A DNA stretch of 64,000 bases from Azolla caroliniana (taxonomy: Eukaryota; Plantae; Polypodiophyta): positions 34,968,001 to 35,032,000 of the forward strand of contig JBHGNT010000001.1 of assembly GCA_043228905.1 (NCBI GenBank). Direction: 5' to 3'. The notes under the pieces were generated by a model, which made no database searches, was not told the DNA's origin, and saw only the letters and a list, made by a program, of their open reading frames with translations. The stretch's first letter is position 1. Every line of letters starts with the position of its first letter. This document shows, piece after piece, positions 1 to 13,375 of this stretch. The position numbers were made by a program, and so were the translations under genes.

Positions 1-1335
1 CAATATCTCTCCATCTTAAGAGTCAATTTAGGGAACGTAGACTTAACGCTAAATACTATCTTAGTCTCTTTATTGTTTTAAATTTCCTTTTGCTTGGAAA
101 AAATGTCTCTTGTTTGCGTTAGCCTTGCATTTGTGTTTCCTCTTGATATTCACGCAATGCCATCATTTATAGAAGACAAAATTAATAATTCAACCAACTG
201 GGTCTTCATGTTTTATTTTAAAAAACCATTAGTTTGCACTTTTGTTTTAGGTGCATGTTCTAATTTGGTGCTGTTTCAACAAAAAAGCCCTACCATCTAA
301 TTGTAAATATAAAAGATTTCTTATGTGTGTGTGTGTGTGTGTGTGCAATTGAAAATCCTTTATTAACAATAGTTCAAAGAGTACATTTTTGTGCTTGATT
401 AATGAACTATTTGTTTTTTGTCAATGTTCCATCCATGTTGTTTGCAAAAAGCAAACTTCCACACTTGTGTAATTGAGAATACTCCCTCACTTTCATTGGA
501 AATTAATTTATTGTTATTTTAGTTGTTCTGCACAATGTTCAAACATCAATTTTTTGAAGAGAGGTAATTGCTAGTGTACTTTTCAAGAACAATTGGGAAT
601 ATTTAAGTTGTATGTAAACATTTACGAATCCTTCCTATATTTGTATAATTAAGTGGCTTGTTGTGACCAATGTCCCATTGTGTACATCATATGTTGCAAA
701 CACGAACATTCACATAGATGATCGGTCTGGTAAGGATGTAATAGAACACTCTGGCGCATTTCTCCTTAATAGTCAAGATAAGTATTCCTTGTGGTGAAGT
801 TATTAAACTTAAGTAGCATGTTTGTGATGTTGACAATAGCACTCAAGTGTTCTCACCTAATCCCCACAATTTTTGCATACATTTGAGGAGTTCTTGCTAG
901 AGAATTGAACACTTTGGTGAACCATCCATTCATGATGGGCTATTTTGAGGAGTGAGCTCCAAACAAGTGCTTCATGTAGGTACCAATGGGCAGTCGTGTT
1001 CATCAAAGTTTGGAGTAGGGTAAGAGAGTTGTCTTTGAGAAAGAACTTGCAATTGAATCTTCCTCAATCCCATATAACTTAAATCATTTGAAATGTTATT
1101 AAGGACACTTAGATTCCGAAAGGTTGTTGACCATTCTTTGTGCAAAGGAGGAATCTCCCCCCAAAATAGGACATTATGTTAATCCTCCTCATTTGTGGTA
1201 ACTCAATCGTGAGTAAATATTAGGCTATTGATCAGGTAAACAAGTTTTGAAGGGGAGGGAGTTTTGAAGGGGAGGGACACCCCTTTCGACAATGTGTTTT
1301 TTTCAAAGAATATGTATATATATATATATGTATAT

Positions 1336-1371
<36 letters not shown>

Positions 1372-3309
1372 GATATGTGTTCCATGAGTAATGAAACAAT
1401 CAATAGTAGTCAACTCAAGATAAGGATCATGATGCATATTACCTCATTTTTTATTTGTACATGAATAAGACTTGCATATACATACTATACCCATTGCTGA
1501 CTATCTATCCCAGTATGTGCATTTCTCCGCATTTAAATACAACCAATTGATTCTCGAACAAACAACCAATGCATTATTTCTTAAATAATTTGTCTTCCAT
1601 CGATTTCCTCTAATCCATGTGTTAGATATTCATGATTGTGATATTATATTTCTATAAGTAAGATGGCATCATGAAAGAAAACCATGATATCACCATATTT
1701 CTATAGAGAACGCACATTCATTGTAGGGTGTCATCAAGATATTGTAAACTTCATGGTATTGACATAAGACACTTTGACTTGATTTTTATATATAGCATCT
1801 ATTCTATCCATGGTGTGAATTCCATTAGGGCAAATGTCATGGGGTTTTCAAATAGGATGAAAATTTAATGTGTTTACTTCACTGTGATGCATATAATATT
1901 GTGCATCTATTTTTATACATAACATTTAAATAAGATAATGGTCCATCACACTCCCAAAAGTGCAATACAAGTGTTGGCATCCAAGTAAAAAAAATGTTAT
2001 GGATATGTGATTATTGAACTTGGTTGTATAGTTAGATAATAGAAAGTAGACACGAGATTTCCATTTCTTTTCTTGTGTTGAAGAAATGTTTATGCATTAT
2101 TTGCTTTCGATGCAAAGTTAATTCACCCAATTTATTATAGGGTCCTTTCAATAACCACACACATCTCCCAACTTGGTCATTGACTAATGCATAACCATTA
2201 CCAAGAAGTCACATAGGCTTTACTATTGGAGGACTTCATTTAGGCCAAGCATTTCCCCTATCTCCTATCCTCAATTGTCTTAATTTCAACCTTAGATGTT
2301 TAATTATTAATCATTATATCCTTATCTTACAAGGTTCTCACACTCATTCTTATGGCTAATTCTATTACTCATTACACAAGTGACAAGGGCATACTATTTT
2401 GTGTTTCTTCCTCACATTTTCCTTATCAAGGTTCAAAACCCATAATCCTTGTTTTTCCTTGTTTTGTCATTGTATTAGGGTTCACTCTTTCTGCCCATTT
2501 GAGGCACGCATGAGACATACTTTACTTCTTTAGCACAACATGAGAAGTTTCCAATTCCAACCCAAAACCACCCTTGACTTTTGGTGACTCATCGTAGTAT
2601 GTGCAATATTACATATTTCTCATGTTATTTGATGTCAATGTTTAACCCTTTAGGTAAAACTTCTATTATGGGTCTTTGTAGGCAAAACTTTTGGGTGATT
2701 TGGCTTAAGAGCATGTGGTATACTTGTAGAAAAAGAAGAAAAAATAGGGATGTCGAAAGAAGTTCCATTTGATGTAGGGGAGATAGAGAATGCCATGAAT
2801 TGATCCAATGAAGATCAAGGCTTATGTAGGGGAGCTGGATAATGATTTGACTCAAGAAAAGTGCCATGGAAGAGGATATCAAGATCAATACAAAATATAA
2901 GCATGTGGATTGGAAAGTTGACTTGGTGGCTACCTCCCTACTAGAAGATAGCTAGCAAGGGATGAAAGGGGTTGCAACCAATCAAAGAAATAGGAGGGTT
3001 GCTTCAAGTTCCTCTTACCTAAAGAGGAGAAAATGTTTATTGAGATGGTGGAAAGACATAGAAGATCTTGTTTTTTTCAAAACAAAATATCCCTCCATTA
3101 GTTATATAAAAAGGTCATAACGGCTACAACATACAAAGATTTTTTTCCCCAAGCCCGTCTTTGTGCAAGACAATGACCAAGAAAACAAATCTATGTACGC
3201 CAAAGTAGAGAAAACAGTCCTGTAATTACAAGCTATTCCATAGACACATTGCAAGGTATCCATATCCATAGACAACAAAAAAAGTAGCTCTATTCGGAAA
3301 CAAACCCTC

Positions 3310-3510
3310 TCAGGTCATAGTTATGAACCATTTCAATACTTCTTCAACATGCTCTTGTTCAACATAATCTTTATCCAAAGAACCGATGCTACCACAAGCT
3401 TTCAAGGTAGATAACATTGTATTCCATGCATGTACATCTCGGATTTGAAGGCGATCAACTACGTTGTTTGCTTTTTCAAGAAAACCACATTTCACATTCG
3501 TGACTGTAAA
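3310..3510 (-). pseudogene. PPR (PLS-class) gene fragment
   Basis: Translation contains VKCGFLEKANNVVDRLQIRDVHAWNTML and LKACGSIGSLDK, typical PLS PPR motifs. They are scrambled, very short and have no credible start. Confidence 0.7.
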
Positions 3511-3529
3511 CTCAACAACTATGCCTCCT

Positions 3530-3896
3530 CTTTCCACATCAACCATCTCACCGGATTACCACCAAATTCCAGTACATACAACAACAAATTAAGTCAAGTT
3601 TCCGCCTCTCCTCATGAGCTTATTCTTCGCCCCCCACACCATCATCACTCGTCCTTATCAAAAACATAAAAACCGTTTCGTTAAATCCTCATCAACTGTC
3701 TTGCCGATTACTACCAAATTCCTCATCTCCTCATGAGAATATGCTTCAGCCTCCACACCATCATCACTCATCCTTATCCAAAACATAAATTCTACTTCAT
3801 GAAGTCCACACCAACCATCTCGTTGAATACCATCAAAATCTTGCACATACAACAATACAATGAGTCTTGTTTCCTCATCTCCTCATGAGAGTATGC

Positions 3897-3928
<32 letters not shown>

Positions 3929-4270
3929 CCTCATCACTCATCCTTATCCAAAAACATACATCCTGCTTCATCAAGTCCACATCAAATATTTCGTAGATTA
4001 TCGCCAAAATCCTGTACATACAAACAACTAAATGAGTCTAGTCTTTTGAAGAGACTATGCTTCAGCCCCCACACCACCATCACTCATCCTTATAAAAAAC
4101 ATGAATTGTGCTTCATTAATCCACATCAACCATCTCACTCTTGTTGATTTACCACCAAAATTGTGTACCTACAAAAACAAAATGACACTACTGTCCTCAT
4201 GTCCAGATTAAATTGTGTTACAACCCTCAACACCATCATCACTCATCCTTATCCAAAATTAGAAGATGCT
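3530..4270. repeat. Degenerate tandem repeat, about 5 units of ~120-170 bp
   Basis: Core CACCATCATCACTCATCCTTATCCAAAA recurs near 3637, 3756, 3930, 4072 and 4231, usually followed by CTTCATCAAGTCCACATCAACCATCTC-like sequence. A poly-C/(CA)n tract is inserted at ~3898-3928. Confidence 0.75.
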
Positions 4271-5212
4271 TCATTTTCCGCATCCACCATCTCGGCCTTG
4301 TCACTCCATAGGACTACCCCAATCACATCCGCCTCTTTTATGTCCTTCCTATCAATGTATAAGTTAAAGAGAAAAGAAGAAACTATATACCTCACAATTA
4401 TCTTTGAAATAAGAATGGACTAGGAGGAGGGAATAGCCAATGTGGTGGAGCATAATTCCAACGATCTTCATGTGACTCATCCAACCTGAGAGGTATTGGC
4501 CACCATATTTTTCATTTTTTTCGCCTTTTCTTATGCACCTTTTCCGGTGTTCCTTTAATACTATCACACTCTCCCTTAACTGTGTGCATCGAGTTGTCCC
4601 ATAACATCTTAATCATATCCACCACATTGTACTCAATGCCTTCATATTTCTTGCTCCAACGACACTTCCACCACACCCATAAAGCATTAACTGAAACAAT
4701 ATTACTAACAAAAGAATTACTAAAAAATTTACCACCAAGAATGTTAGGAAGAACCGCTTTAGTTGTATTCTCCGACACACGTACAACTTCTGTGAATTGC
4801 TCTGCCTAGTACAAAGATACCTGCACATCTAAAGACCCCCAAAAAACAATCCCCCTTCTCCCTTATATTTACAAGAAAACATCCTCAATATTCTTCCCCA
4901 TACTTTCGAGCTACACTGCAAGTCCAAAACAAATGTTTCAAAGTTTCCTCCTATACTTGGCAACACACACAATGGCAATCATCGACTTGTCCTTTTAAAT
5001 GAAAACCTACAGGTAAAACATAATGAAGCATTAACCACTTAAAAGAAATTGCTCTTCGTAGACATGGTAGAGCCCATAAACTTTTCCAATAAGCCACCAT
5101 ATATTGATGCAATATAACACCTAACTCCCAATACTTTTGTGCAACAAGATTTACGCAATGACGTTGCAATTACCTCTCCCATATGCCGCAAAGTATTGGA
5201 AAAAGGGAAGAA

Positions 5213-5564
5213 TGTTGGGATTACGGTCCCTCCGGATGGGATGGTCGGATGTCCGGGAATCGGGAATGAAGACCCGGATGATGAGTACCCGGCTACGGAG
5301 CCGGATGATGAAGACCCCGGCTACGGAGCCGGATGATGAAGACCCCGGCTACGGAGCCGGATGACGAATGTATCCGGAGAGAGATCCGGATGCGGGGACA
5401 TATTTGTGAATATGTTTGCCAAGGGCCCTCGAGGCTATATTTGTAAATAGCCCGAAAGTCATATGTGTATAAATATGACTTAGGGTAAACTGTTTAGTGC
5501 TGTTGTAAGTTGTTGTTTATTGTGTATTGCCACTCTTATGTGTGCAAGAGAGTGAAGAGAGCAG

Positions 5565-5617
<53 letters not shown>

Positions 5618-5880
5618 GAAGAGGTCGTTGCCTCTGTGTATTACCGCCGCCTGTGGCGAAGACAGTGAGCTCAAGGTTGTTGCCTTGTAGCTTCACCATT
5701 GTACATCTCTGTTTATAGTGATAGTTGGAGTTTGAGGACTCCCGTGGTTTTTCCCATTTAGGGTTTTCCACGTAAAACATCCTGTGTACTCTTCTCTCTA
5801 TTGTCTTCGTGCATTTTGTATTTCCTGTTTTCTGTGAGTTGATCCTATTCCTCGGTTGTGGCCGAGCACTGTGTTTAACA
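5213..5880 (+). repeat. Copia 5' LTR (668 bp)
   Basis: TGTTGGGA...TTTAACA; contains 27-28 bp CCGG-rich repeats, a TATAAATA box and (GA)25. Confidence 0.97.
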
Positions 5881-5883
5881 AAG

Positions 5884-5895
5884 TGGTATCAGAGC
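5884..5895 (+). promoter_or_regulatory. Primer binding site, initiator tRNA-Met
   Basis: TGGTATCAGAGC, 3 nt after the 5' LTR. Confidence 0.95.
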
Positions 5896-5911
5896 AACGG
5901 TAACACAGAAA

Positions 5912-8900
5912 ATGGAAGGCGGCGGTAGTGGGCCTCCGGGCATGATGGTGTTGAACTCACAGAACTACGCCGACTGGAAGATAAAGATGGAAGACCTTCT
6001 CATCGTCCGAGACCTGTACGAACCGATCGACAATGCCGAGATACCCAACTTAGGGGGTAATAGAGTCGGAGTGGAAGCTCCTGAACCGGAAAGCCGTAGC
6101 GACGATCCGGCAATATGTCGATGTAAGTGTTCTGCAACATGTGGCGAACGATACGAACGCCTATGAGATGTGGCAGAAGCTGTCCGGACTGTATGAGAGG
6201 AAGAATGCTCTGACCCGGACCTCCCTGATGAGGAAGATAGTGAATCTTAAGTACCGGGACGGCGAGAGCATGGTCGAACACGTCAGCACGTTCATGGGAT
6301 TCGTGAACCAGCTTGCGGCGATCAAGTTCTCGTTGGATGACGCAATGCAAGCCATCATGCTGATGTGTACCCTTCCGGAGAGCTGGGAGAACTTGGTAGT
6401 TACTCTCAGCACCTCCTGTAAGGAAGAGAACTTGTCTTTACTAACGGTAAAGACAAGTATTCTAAATGAAGAGGCGCGTCGGAGAGATAAAGAACCGGCC
6501 TCCGACTCGAAGGCGTTGCTTACCGAATCGGAACGGGGAAGACAACGGAACCGGAGTCCGCAAAGACGGGAGAAGTCGGGGACACGGTCGCAGTCGAGGG
6601 GAAGACCTACATGCTTCTACTGTGGGAAGCCGGGGCACTTCCAGAAGAACTGTCGACATTTCCGGAAAGACAACGGAACCGACGGTACCGATTCGAAGAA
6701 GTCACCGGAGCGAAACGGTGCATACCGGGGAGCCACGGACCGGAGAGGTCCGGATCGGCGAGGGCAGGACCGGAAAGGAACGACGGCACTCGCGGCAAGT
6801 GAAGAAGAGATAATGCTCATTACCGAAGAGAGGGAGCTGAACCTTGCCGGTGAAGAGATGACCTGGGTGGTCGATTCCGGAGCGTCGTTCCACCTGACCC
6901 CGGAGAAGAAATACTTCTCATCCTACACAGCCGGTGAGCATGGCTGTGTTCGGATGGGAAATGAAGGTACGTGCCGGATTGCCGGCATAGGAGACGTGTG
7001 GTTGACAACCTCGACCGGATGCAAAATGTTGCTGAAGGATGTCCGACACGTTTCGGAGGTTCGATTGAACCTGATTTCGGCCGGGAGGCTAGATGATGAA
7101 GGCTACACAGGTAGCATCCGGAATGGTGTAATGAAGTTCAGCAAGGGGAGCCTGATAGTGGCTCGGGCCCGGAAAGTCAACACACTGTACCTTATGAATG
7201 CCTGGTTGTGTCCGGAGGAGTTGAACGTGGCAGCCGACACTGCCGGTGAGCTGTGGCACAAGAGACTGTGCCACATGAGTGAGAAGGGGATGAAGAGGCT
7301 TGCAGAAGACAACCTTATTCCAGTGAAGCATGTGCACCTGGAGAAGTGCACCGATTTCCTGGCCGGTAAGCAGAACTGAACCTCCTTCCACTCAAGGCCA
7401 CCGACAAGACGTAGCGCACCATTGGAGTTGGTGCACACTGACGTGTGTCAAGTAGAAACGAAGTCACATGGCGGAGCCCAGTACTTCGTGACATTCATTG
7501 ATGACCACAGCGGGAAGCTGTGGACGGCACCGTTGAAGACAAAGGACCAAGTGTTGTGCGTCTTCAAAGAACTCCACGTGAGAGTGGAAAGGGAATCCGA
7601 CAAGAAGCTGAAAGCGATACGAGCGGATAACGGAGGGGAATACCGGGGGCAGTTCGAGGAGTACTGTCGCTTGAAGGGAATCCGGCTCGAGTTTACTGTG
7701 CCGAAGACGCCGGAACTGAACGGGCTGGCCGAGAGGATGAACCGGACCATAATGGAGAGGGTCCGGAGTATGCTGGCGCATGCGAAATTACCCAAGGGGT
7801 TTTGGGCTGAGGCAATGTCGACGGCGACATACGTGATAAACAGATCACCCTCAGTACCTTTGGACGGAGACACGCCGCAGAGAGTGTGGACCGGTAGGGA
7901 AGTATCCTACCGGCATCTGAAGGTGTTCGGGTGTCTCGTATATGTGCATGTGGCAAAGGACCGGAGAGGAAAGCTAGATCCAAAGACCCGGCCATGCATA
8001 TTCCTCGGTTACGGCGATGACGAGTTCGGCTACCGAGTATGGGACCCGGTCGACAAAAAGATATTCCGGAGTCGCGATATCATCTTCATGGAGGACAAGA
8101 CACTCGCCGACTGGGAGTCGGAGAAGAAGATGAAGAGCTCCAAGTCGACCGGTGAGGATCAACTCTACGAGGAGCAGTCCCGACCGGCAAGGGACCGGTT
8201 AGCACTCGAGGATCCGGCCGAAGACGGTGAAGAAACAGAACCGGCCGAGGAAGATGAAACTGATACCGGAACCGGCTCCGATCCCGAAATGGATTCGGAT
8301 GAAGAGGAAACGGAGGAGCCGGTTACCGAAGCTCCGGAACGGAGATATCCTCTAAGAGAGAGAAGGGCCCCCCGGAGATTTCCGGAACCAGAGCACGTGC
8401 TGCTAACCGACGAGGGGGAGCCGGAGAGCTTTGAAGAAGCAAAGCTTGACACCCATAGCCGCAGGTGGTTAAGTGCCATGCAGGAAGAGATGGATTCCCT
8501 GCATGAGAACCACACATATGAACTTGTGGAGTTGCCGAAAGGAAAGCGGGCACTTCGAAACAAGTGGGTGTTCAAGCTGAAACCGGGAGATGCCGGAAAC
8601 CCCCCGAGATACAAAGCCAGGATCGTGGTGAAGGGGTTCCAGCAGAAGAAGGGCGTCGACTTCGACGAGATATTTGCCCCGGTAGTGAAGATGACCTCCA
8701 TCCGGACGGTGCTGAGCATAGCGGCAAGCATGGACCTCGAGGTAGAACAGATGGACGTGAAGACGACATTCCTTCACGGTGACCTCGAAGAAGAGATCTA
8801 CATGCAGCAACCGGAAGGATTTGAGAAGAAAGGGAAGGAGCACCTGGTATGCCGGTTGAAGAAGAGCCTTTACGGACTGAAGCAGGCTCCCCGGCAATGG

Positions 8901-9989
8901 TATCGGAAGTTCGACTCTTTCATGACCGACGAAGGGTACCACAAAACGCAATCCGATCACTGCGTGTTTGTGAAGAAGTTCGAAGGAGGAGACTTTCTAA
9001 TACTCCTCCTGTACGTGGACGACATGTTGATCGTCGGACGGGACCAGGTCAAGATACGGATGCTGAAGAAAGCGCTTCACCGAACCTTCTCAATGAAGGA
9101 CCTGGGTCCGGCGAGGCAAATACTAGGGATGCACATTATCCGGGACCGGAAGAAGAAGCAGTTGTGGCTGTCACAGGAGAAGTACGTGACAAAGGTGGTT
9201 CACCGGTTCAACATGTCGGAAGCAAGACCGGTCGGGTCAACCCTCCCGGCAAACTGCAAGTTGTCCAGCAAACAAAGCCCCAAGACAAAGGCTGAGAAGG
9301 AGGACATGATGAAAGTACCATATGCCTCTGCCGTCGGAAGCCTGATGTACGCAATGGTGTGTACAAGACCGGACATAGGATATGCAGTCGGAGTGGTGAG
9401 CCGGTACATGAGCAATCCCGGCAAAGAGCACTGGAACGCGGCCAAGTGGATACTCCGATACCTGAAGGGCACGACAAACGTGTGCCTCCGATTCGGCTCC
9501 GGTAAGCCCGAACTCGACGGCTTTACCGATTTGGATATGTCGGCTGATGCAGATACCAGCCGGTCCACATCAGGGTATGTGATGACGTATGCAGGGGGAG
9601 CTGTTTCGTGGCAGTCGAGGCTGCAGAAGACGGTTGCGTTGTCAACCACGGAGGCGGAGTACATGGCGGCTGTTGAAGACGGCAAGGAAATAATATGGAT
9701 GAAGGACTTCATTAGAGAGCTCGGTATCCGGCAGGAGGAGTACCGACTCTACTGCGACAGTCAGAGTGCCATCCACCTTGCGAAGAACGCGGCCTATCAC
9801 TCCCGGACGAAGCACATCCAGCGAAGATATCACTGGATCCGGGAAAGGATAGAAGACCAGGAGTTCGTGCTGACGAAGATCCACACGGACGAGAACGGGT
9901 CAGATATGCTGACCAAAGTGCTCACACCCGACAAGCTGGAAGCGTGCCGGAAGAGGGTCGGATTGGAAAGACATCCCATGCCGAAGTGA
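5912..9989 (+). pseudogene. Copia gag-pol polyprotein with one frameshift (~6050) and one nonsense codon (7377-7379)
   Basis: NYADWKIKMEDLL gag start; CFYCGKPGHFQKNC zinc knuckle; WVVDSGASFH protease; LWHKRLCH GAG-pre-integrase; VHTD/DNGGEY/NGLAERMNRT integrase; LLYVDDML RT; STTEAEY/CDSQSA RNase H. ORFs 6141-7379 and 7422-9989 share a frame across a TGA (likely former CGA). Confidence 0.95.
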
Positions 9990-9999
9990 AGGGGGAGTT

Positions 10000-10323
10000 T
10001 GTTGGGATTACGGTCCCTCCGGATGGGATGGTCGGATGTCCGGGAATCGGGAATGAAGACCCGGATGATGAGTACCTGGCTACGGAGCCGGATGATGAAG
10101 ACCCCGGCTACGGAGCCGGATGACGAATGTACCCGGAGAGAGATCCGGATGCGGGGACATATTTGTGAATATGTTTGCCAAGGGCCCTCGAGGCTATATT
10201 TGTAAATAGCCCGAAAGTCATATGTGTATAAATATGACTTAGGGTAAACTGTTTAGTGCTGCTGTAAGTTGTTGTTTATTGTGTATTGCCACTCTTATGT
10301 GTGCAAGAGAGTGAAGAGAGCAG

Positions 10324-10382
<59 letters not shown>

Positions 10383-10645
10383 GAAGAGGTCGTTGCCTCT
10401 GTGTATTACCGCCGCCTGTGGCGAAGACAGTGAGCTCAAGGTTGTTGCCTTGTAGCTTCACCATTGTACATCTCTGTTTATAGTGATAGTTGGAGTTTGA
10501 GGACTCCCGTGGTTTTTCCCATTTAGGGTTTTCCACGTAAAACATCCTGTGTACTCTTCTCTCTATTGTCTTCGTGCATTTTGTATTTCCTGTTTTCTGT
10601 GAGTTGATCCTATTCCTCGGTTGTGGCCGAGCACTGTGTTTAACA
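10000..10645 (+). repeat. Copia 3' LTR (646 bp)
   Basis: Near-identical to the 5' LTR: 3 substitutions by eye, one fewer 28-bp unit, (GA)28. Preceded by the PPT at 9988-9997. Confidence 0.97.
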
Positions 10646-12658
10646 AAGAATCCTACTCTCTTGTTCATTTGTCAAGGAACGGCCAACCAACCGCCATGCA
10701 TAATCAGCTGGGTCCCAATTAAGATGTGCACCGACTTACTTTGGAATGCCCATATTTGTATTGCATGGTCTGCCAAAAAAGGGCTCGGATCTAAGAAAAT
10801 CTCCTTGTCTAACCGAGAAATAACCCTAATGGGGTTTCAAAGGCTAATTGCATAACTTCAACTTCTTCATCCACTAAATATAAAAGACCATCATCGTCAA
10901 CCTCATAAAATCTTAGTTGACCCTGGTTAGCATATGATCGGGCACCTATTAAAACACCCAAAGGAGAGAAAAGACCATACCATGTATAAGTATTAGCCAA
11001 ATTAAGTTGCCTTTGACAATTCTTTAAAGCCTGCTAAATCTAGTCGTACATCAAACAATCCCCACGCAAGGAAGATGAGAATTGTTTTTTGTCCTTCTCC
11101 AAGAGCAGTTGAAACCGGTCCCAAGCAGCCATAGAGGTAGCTGGTCATGAGTCCATTTTTTCCCATGATAAACGCGGCCTAATTCCTAAAACACAGCCAG
11201 AGTTATCAGTAAACGAAGGATTCCATAACAACAATTGCCTTAAAAATTGGGCTTCTGTCGATGGAAGTTGACATAGGGGACCCTCTCTAATATCCTTCCA
11301 TGCCCTCAAAATACCTGTAAAGAATCTCATAAAACCAACATTATGAGCCTTAATTGGAAATTCAAAGTTAAACAACCATCGAAAACTATCATGCCACTGT
11401 CCTACTATTGTAGGTTTAATGTTATGAAGATATAACAACCATAACTTTTTCCATAACTCAATTCCCATGCATAAATCCTCTCACAACATGCTTTGCAAGA
11501 AGGGCCTATTAAGCCAAGTCCATCTTCACTTATTGGTCAGATTAAAACCGACCGCGCAACTTTTGCAACAACCCTTGATCCCAATGGGGCACCCCAAATA
11601 AAATTACGAACTAAACATTGTAGTTTCAATATAATAAACCGTGAAAATAGCTAGGTTGATGCAACATACCAGTAACCACATCGATGCAAGCAAAACCGAG
11701 TTTGCCACAATCACCCTTCCTTGTAGAGACAAATTAGTGCTTTCCCAATACAACAACTTATTTCTAACCCGTAATAAAAGGGGTGTTACCATCTCTTCTG
11801 CTGACAAATCTATCCCCACTTGACAACCCAAATACCTTACGACTGTACCTCAAGGTACCCAAATAAAACCTGGAGTTGGCGCGACGCATCTTATGGAGGA
11901 GAAGACGATGCAACCCAAAATCCCATGGACTTGTCCCAATTGATCAAAGCTCCTGAAGCATCTCAAAAATCGGATAACATTTGTTGAAGGTTCAACAAGT
12001 TCCCCTTATCTACAGAAACATATAAAGCGATGTCATCAACAAATTATGAATCAATAGTAGAGGTTGCATATCCTTGTATAGGTAAGGCTATACCATGAAT
12101 ATCAACATTCCTACCCCTAAGAAAGACATAAAAGATCTTTCACTTTCTCCTTCAAAGAAATTGGGTGGGTCCTTAATCTGAACGAGATATAGTTGATGGT
12201 CCTTTTCATGTTCCTCACATACCAAGGAACTTGAACCCAATACTTGTTCCTAACTCCCATATACCTAGTATAATAATCTTACTGTACCAATTGTTTGTAC
12301 GAGTATATCATTGCTTTCTAATGAGCCTTACTCAAACAAATGGTTCATGGTTTTAAAAAAGGATCAATTCACAAGGGGCACCTTATCACAAGGGGCTTCG
12401 AATTTGGTGTCATACATAATAAAATCAGTAATAAAGGCCAAAGGACAACATATCATTCTTGGATGAGATTCTGATTAAGGGTTGCTTGGAAGAGGAGAAG
12501 GGTAGAGCTAAATCAGAACGCGTGTAGGCTAGAAAATGCAAATGGAGCATTTTCAATTAAAAGTTTGGATGTGGGTTGATAGACACTCTAGTAGTCGAGT
12601 ATTTGTGTGCCCTCTAAGGTTGTCCATTGCCTCTGTTGAAGGGCAATGTGATCCAAGA

Positions 12659-13121
12659 TGTTACGGGCATGACCATCTAATATGCCGTGGTCAGAATTTA
12701 CCGTAGTATTCTATACACGTGGATAAGTGTGAGGGTTAAACAAGAGTGTAAAGAAGGGGAGGATTACTTTTAAATCCTCGGGATTGAGACAACCCATTAG
12801 GCCAAGTGTGAACATGGTTGGGGGCCTTGGGTATCGCCATAAATAGAGGCCTAGCTACCCTCATTTCATCATCTTGTTGACTACGTCGAGACTCTATCTT
12901 GTGGTGGGTCAACTCTTGTAGCGAGCACGCTAGCACCAGGTACGACTCGACGCCACGACGGTGGTATGGGATGCCGATCAAGGCTCGAGTCCGTCTCGAT
13001 CCCTTCGCTCGGGGGTGGTTGGGTGGATCAGCACCCTTCTTTCTCTCTCTTCTTTCTAGATCTATCTATTCATCTATATTCTATCCTTATCTAATGCTTA
13101 CATTAGTCTATGTCTCTAATA
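12659..13121 (+). repeat. Gypsy 5' LTR (463 bp)
   Basis: TGTTACGGG...TCTAATA; direct repeat of 17553-18009. Confidence 0.95.
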
Positions 13122-13375
13122 GTTGGTATCAGAGCTGATTTTCTAATGTTTCTTTTGTTGTGTTTTGTGTTCTTGGTTGATGGCGTCGATCTACGTGCGG
13201 TCGGCCTTCATGCAGACAAGGATCAACAAAAGAACTTCGGTAATCTTTCTTGTTTTTTCTATTCTTTCTTCTCCCAATTTAATCATGTGTATGGTTAATA
13301 TGTAATTTTTCTTATAGATTCAATGATGTTGTAGTGGTAATTAATTGGTTATATAAAACATTTACATATGTGCAC

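Larger units (their letters stand above)
5213..10645 (+). mobile_element. Full-length Ty1/copia LTR retrotransposon
   Basis: TG...CA LTRs at 5213-5880 and 10000-10645; 5-bp TSD AAGAA at 5208-5212 and 10646-10650; PBS TGGTATCAGAGC; PPT GAAGGGGGAG; gag-PR-IN-RT-RH domain order. Confidence 0.98.
4370..12130 (-). mobile_element. Decayed L1-type LINE ORF2 (RT to C-terminal zinc finger), split by the copia insertion
   Basis: Minus-strand peptides occur in the expected order: FVDD (~12035), VRYLGCQ...RVRNKLLYWESTNLSLQGRVIVANSVLLASMW (11604-11840), QLLLWNP (~11230). On the far side of the copia come CVCCQV*EETLKHLFWTC (zf-RVT-like, ~4920-4975) and LWVWWKCR. Many stops and frameshifts; ends approximate. 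Confidence 0.8.

Noticed and set aside
300-1200. Possible decayed transposon-related coding sequence on the minus strand
   Set aside because: Cys/Trp-containing scraps only; no motif I can name.
6000-9900. Many antisense and alternative-frame ORFs within the copia
   Set aside because: Expected from GC-rich coding sequence; no recognisable motifs.
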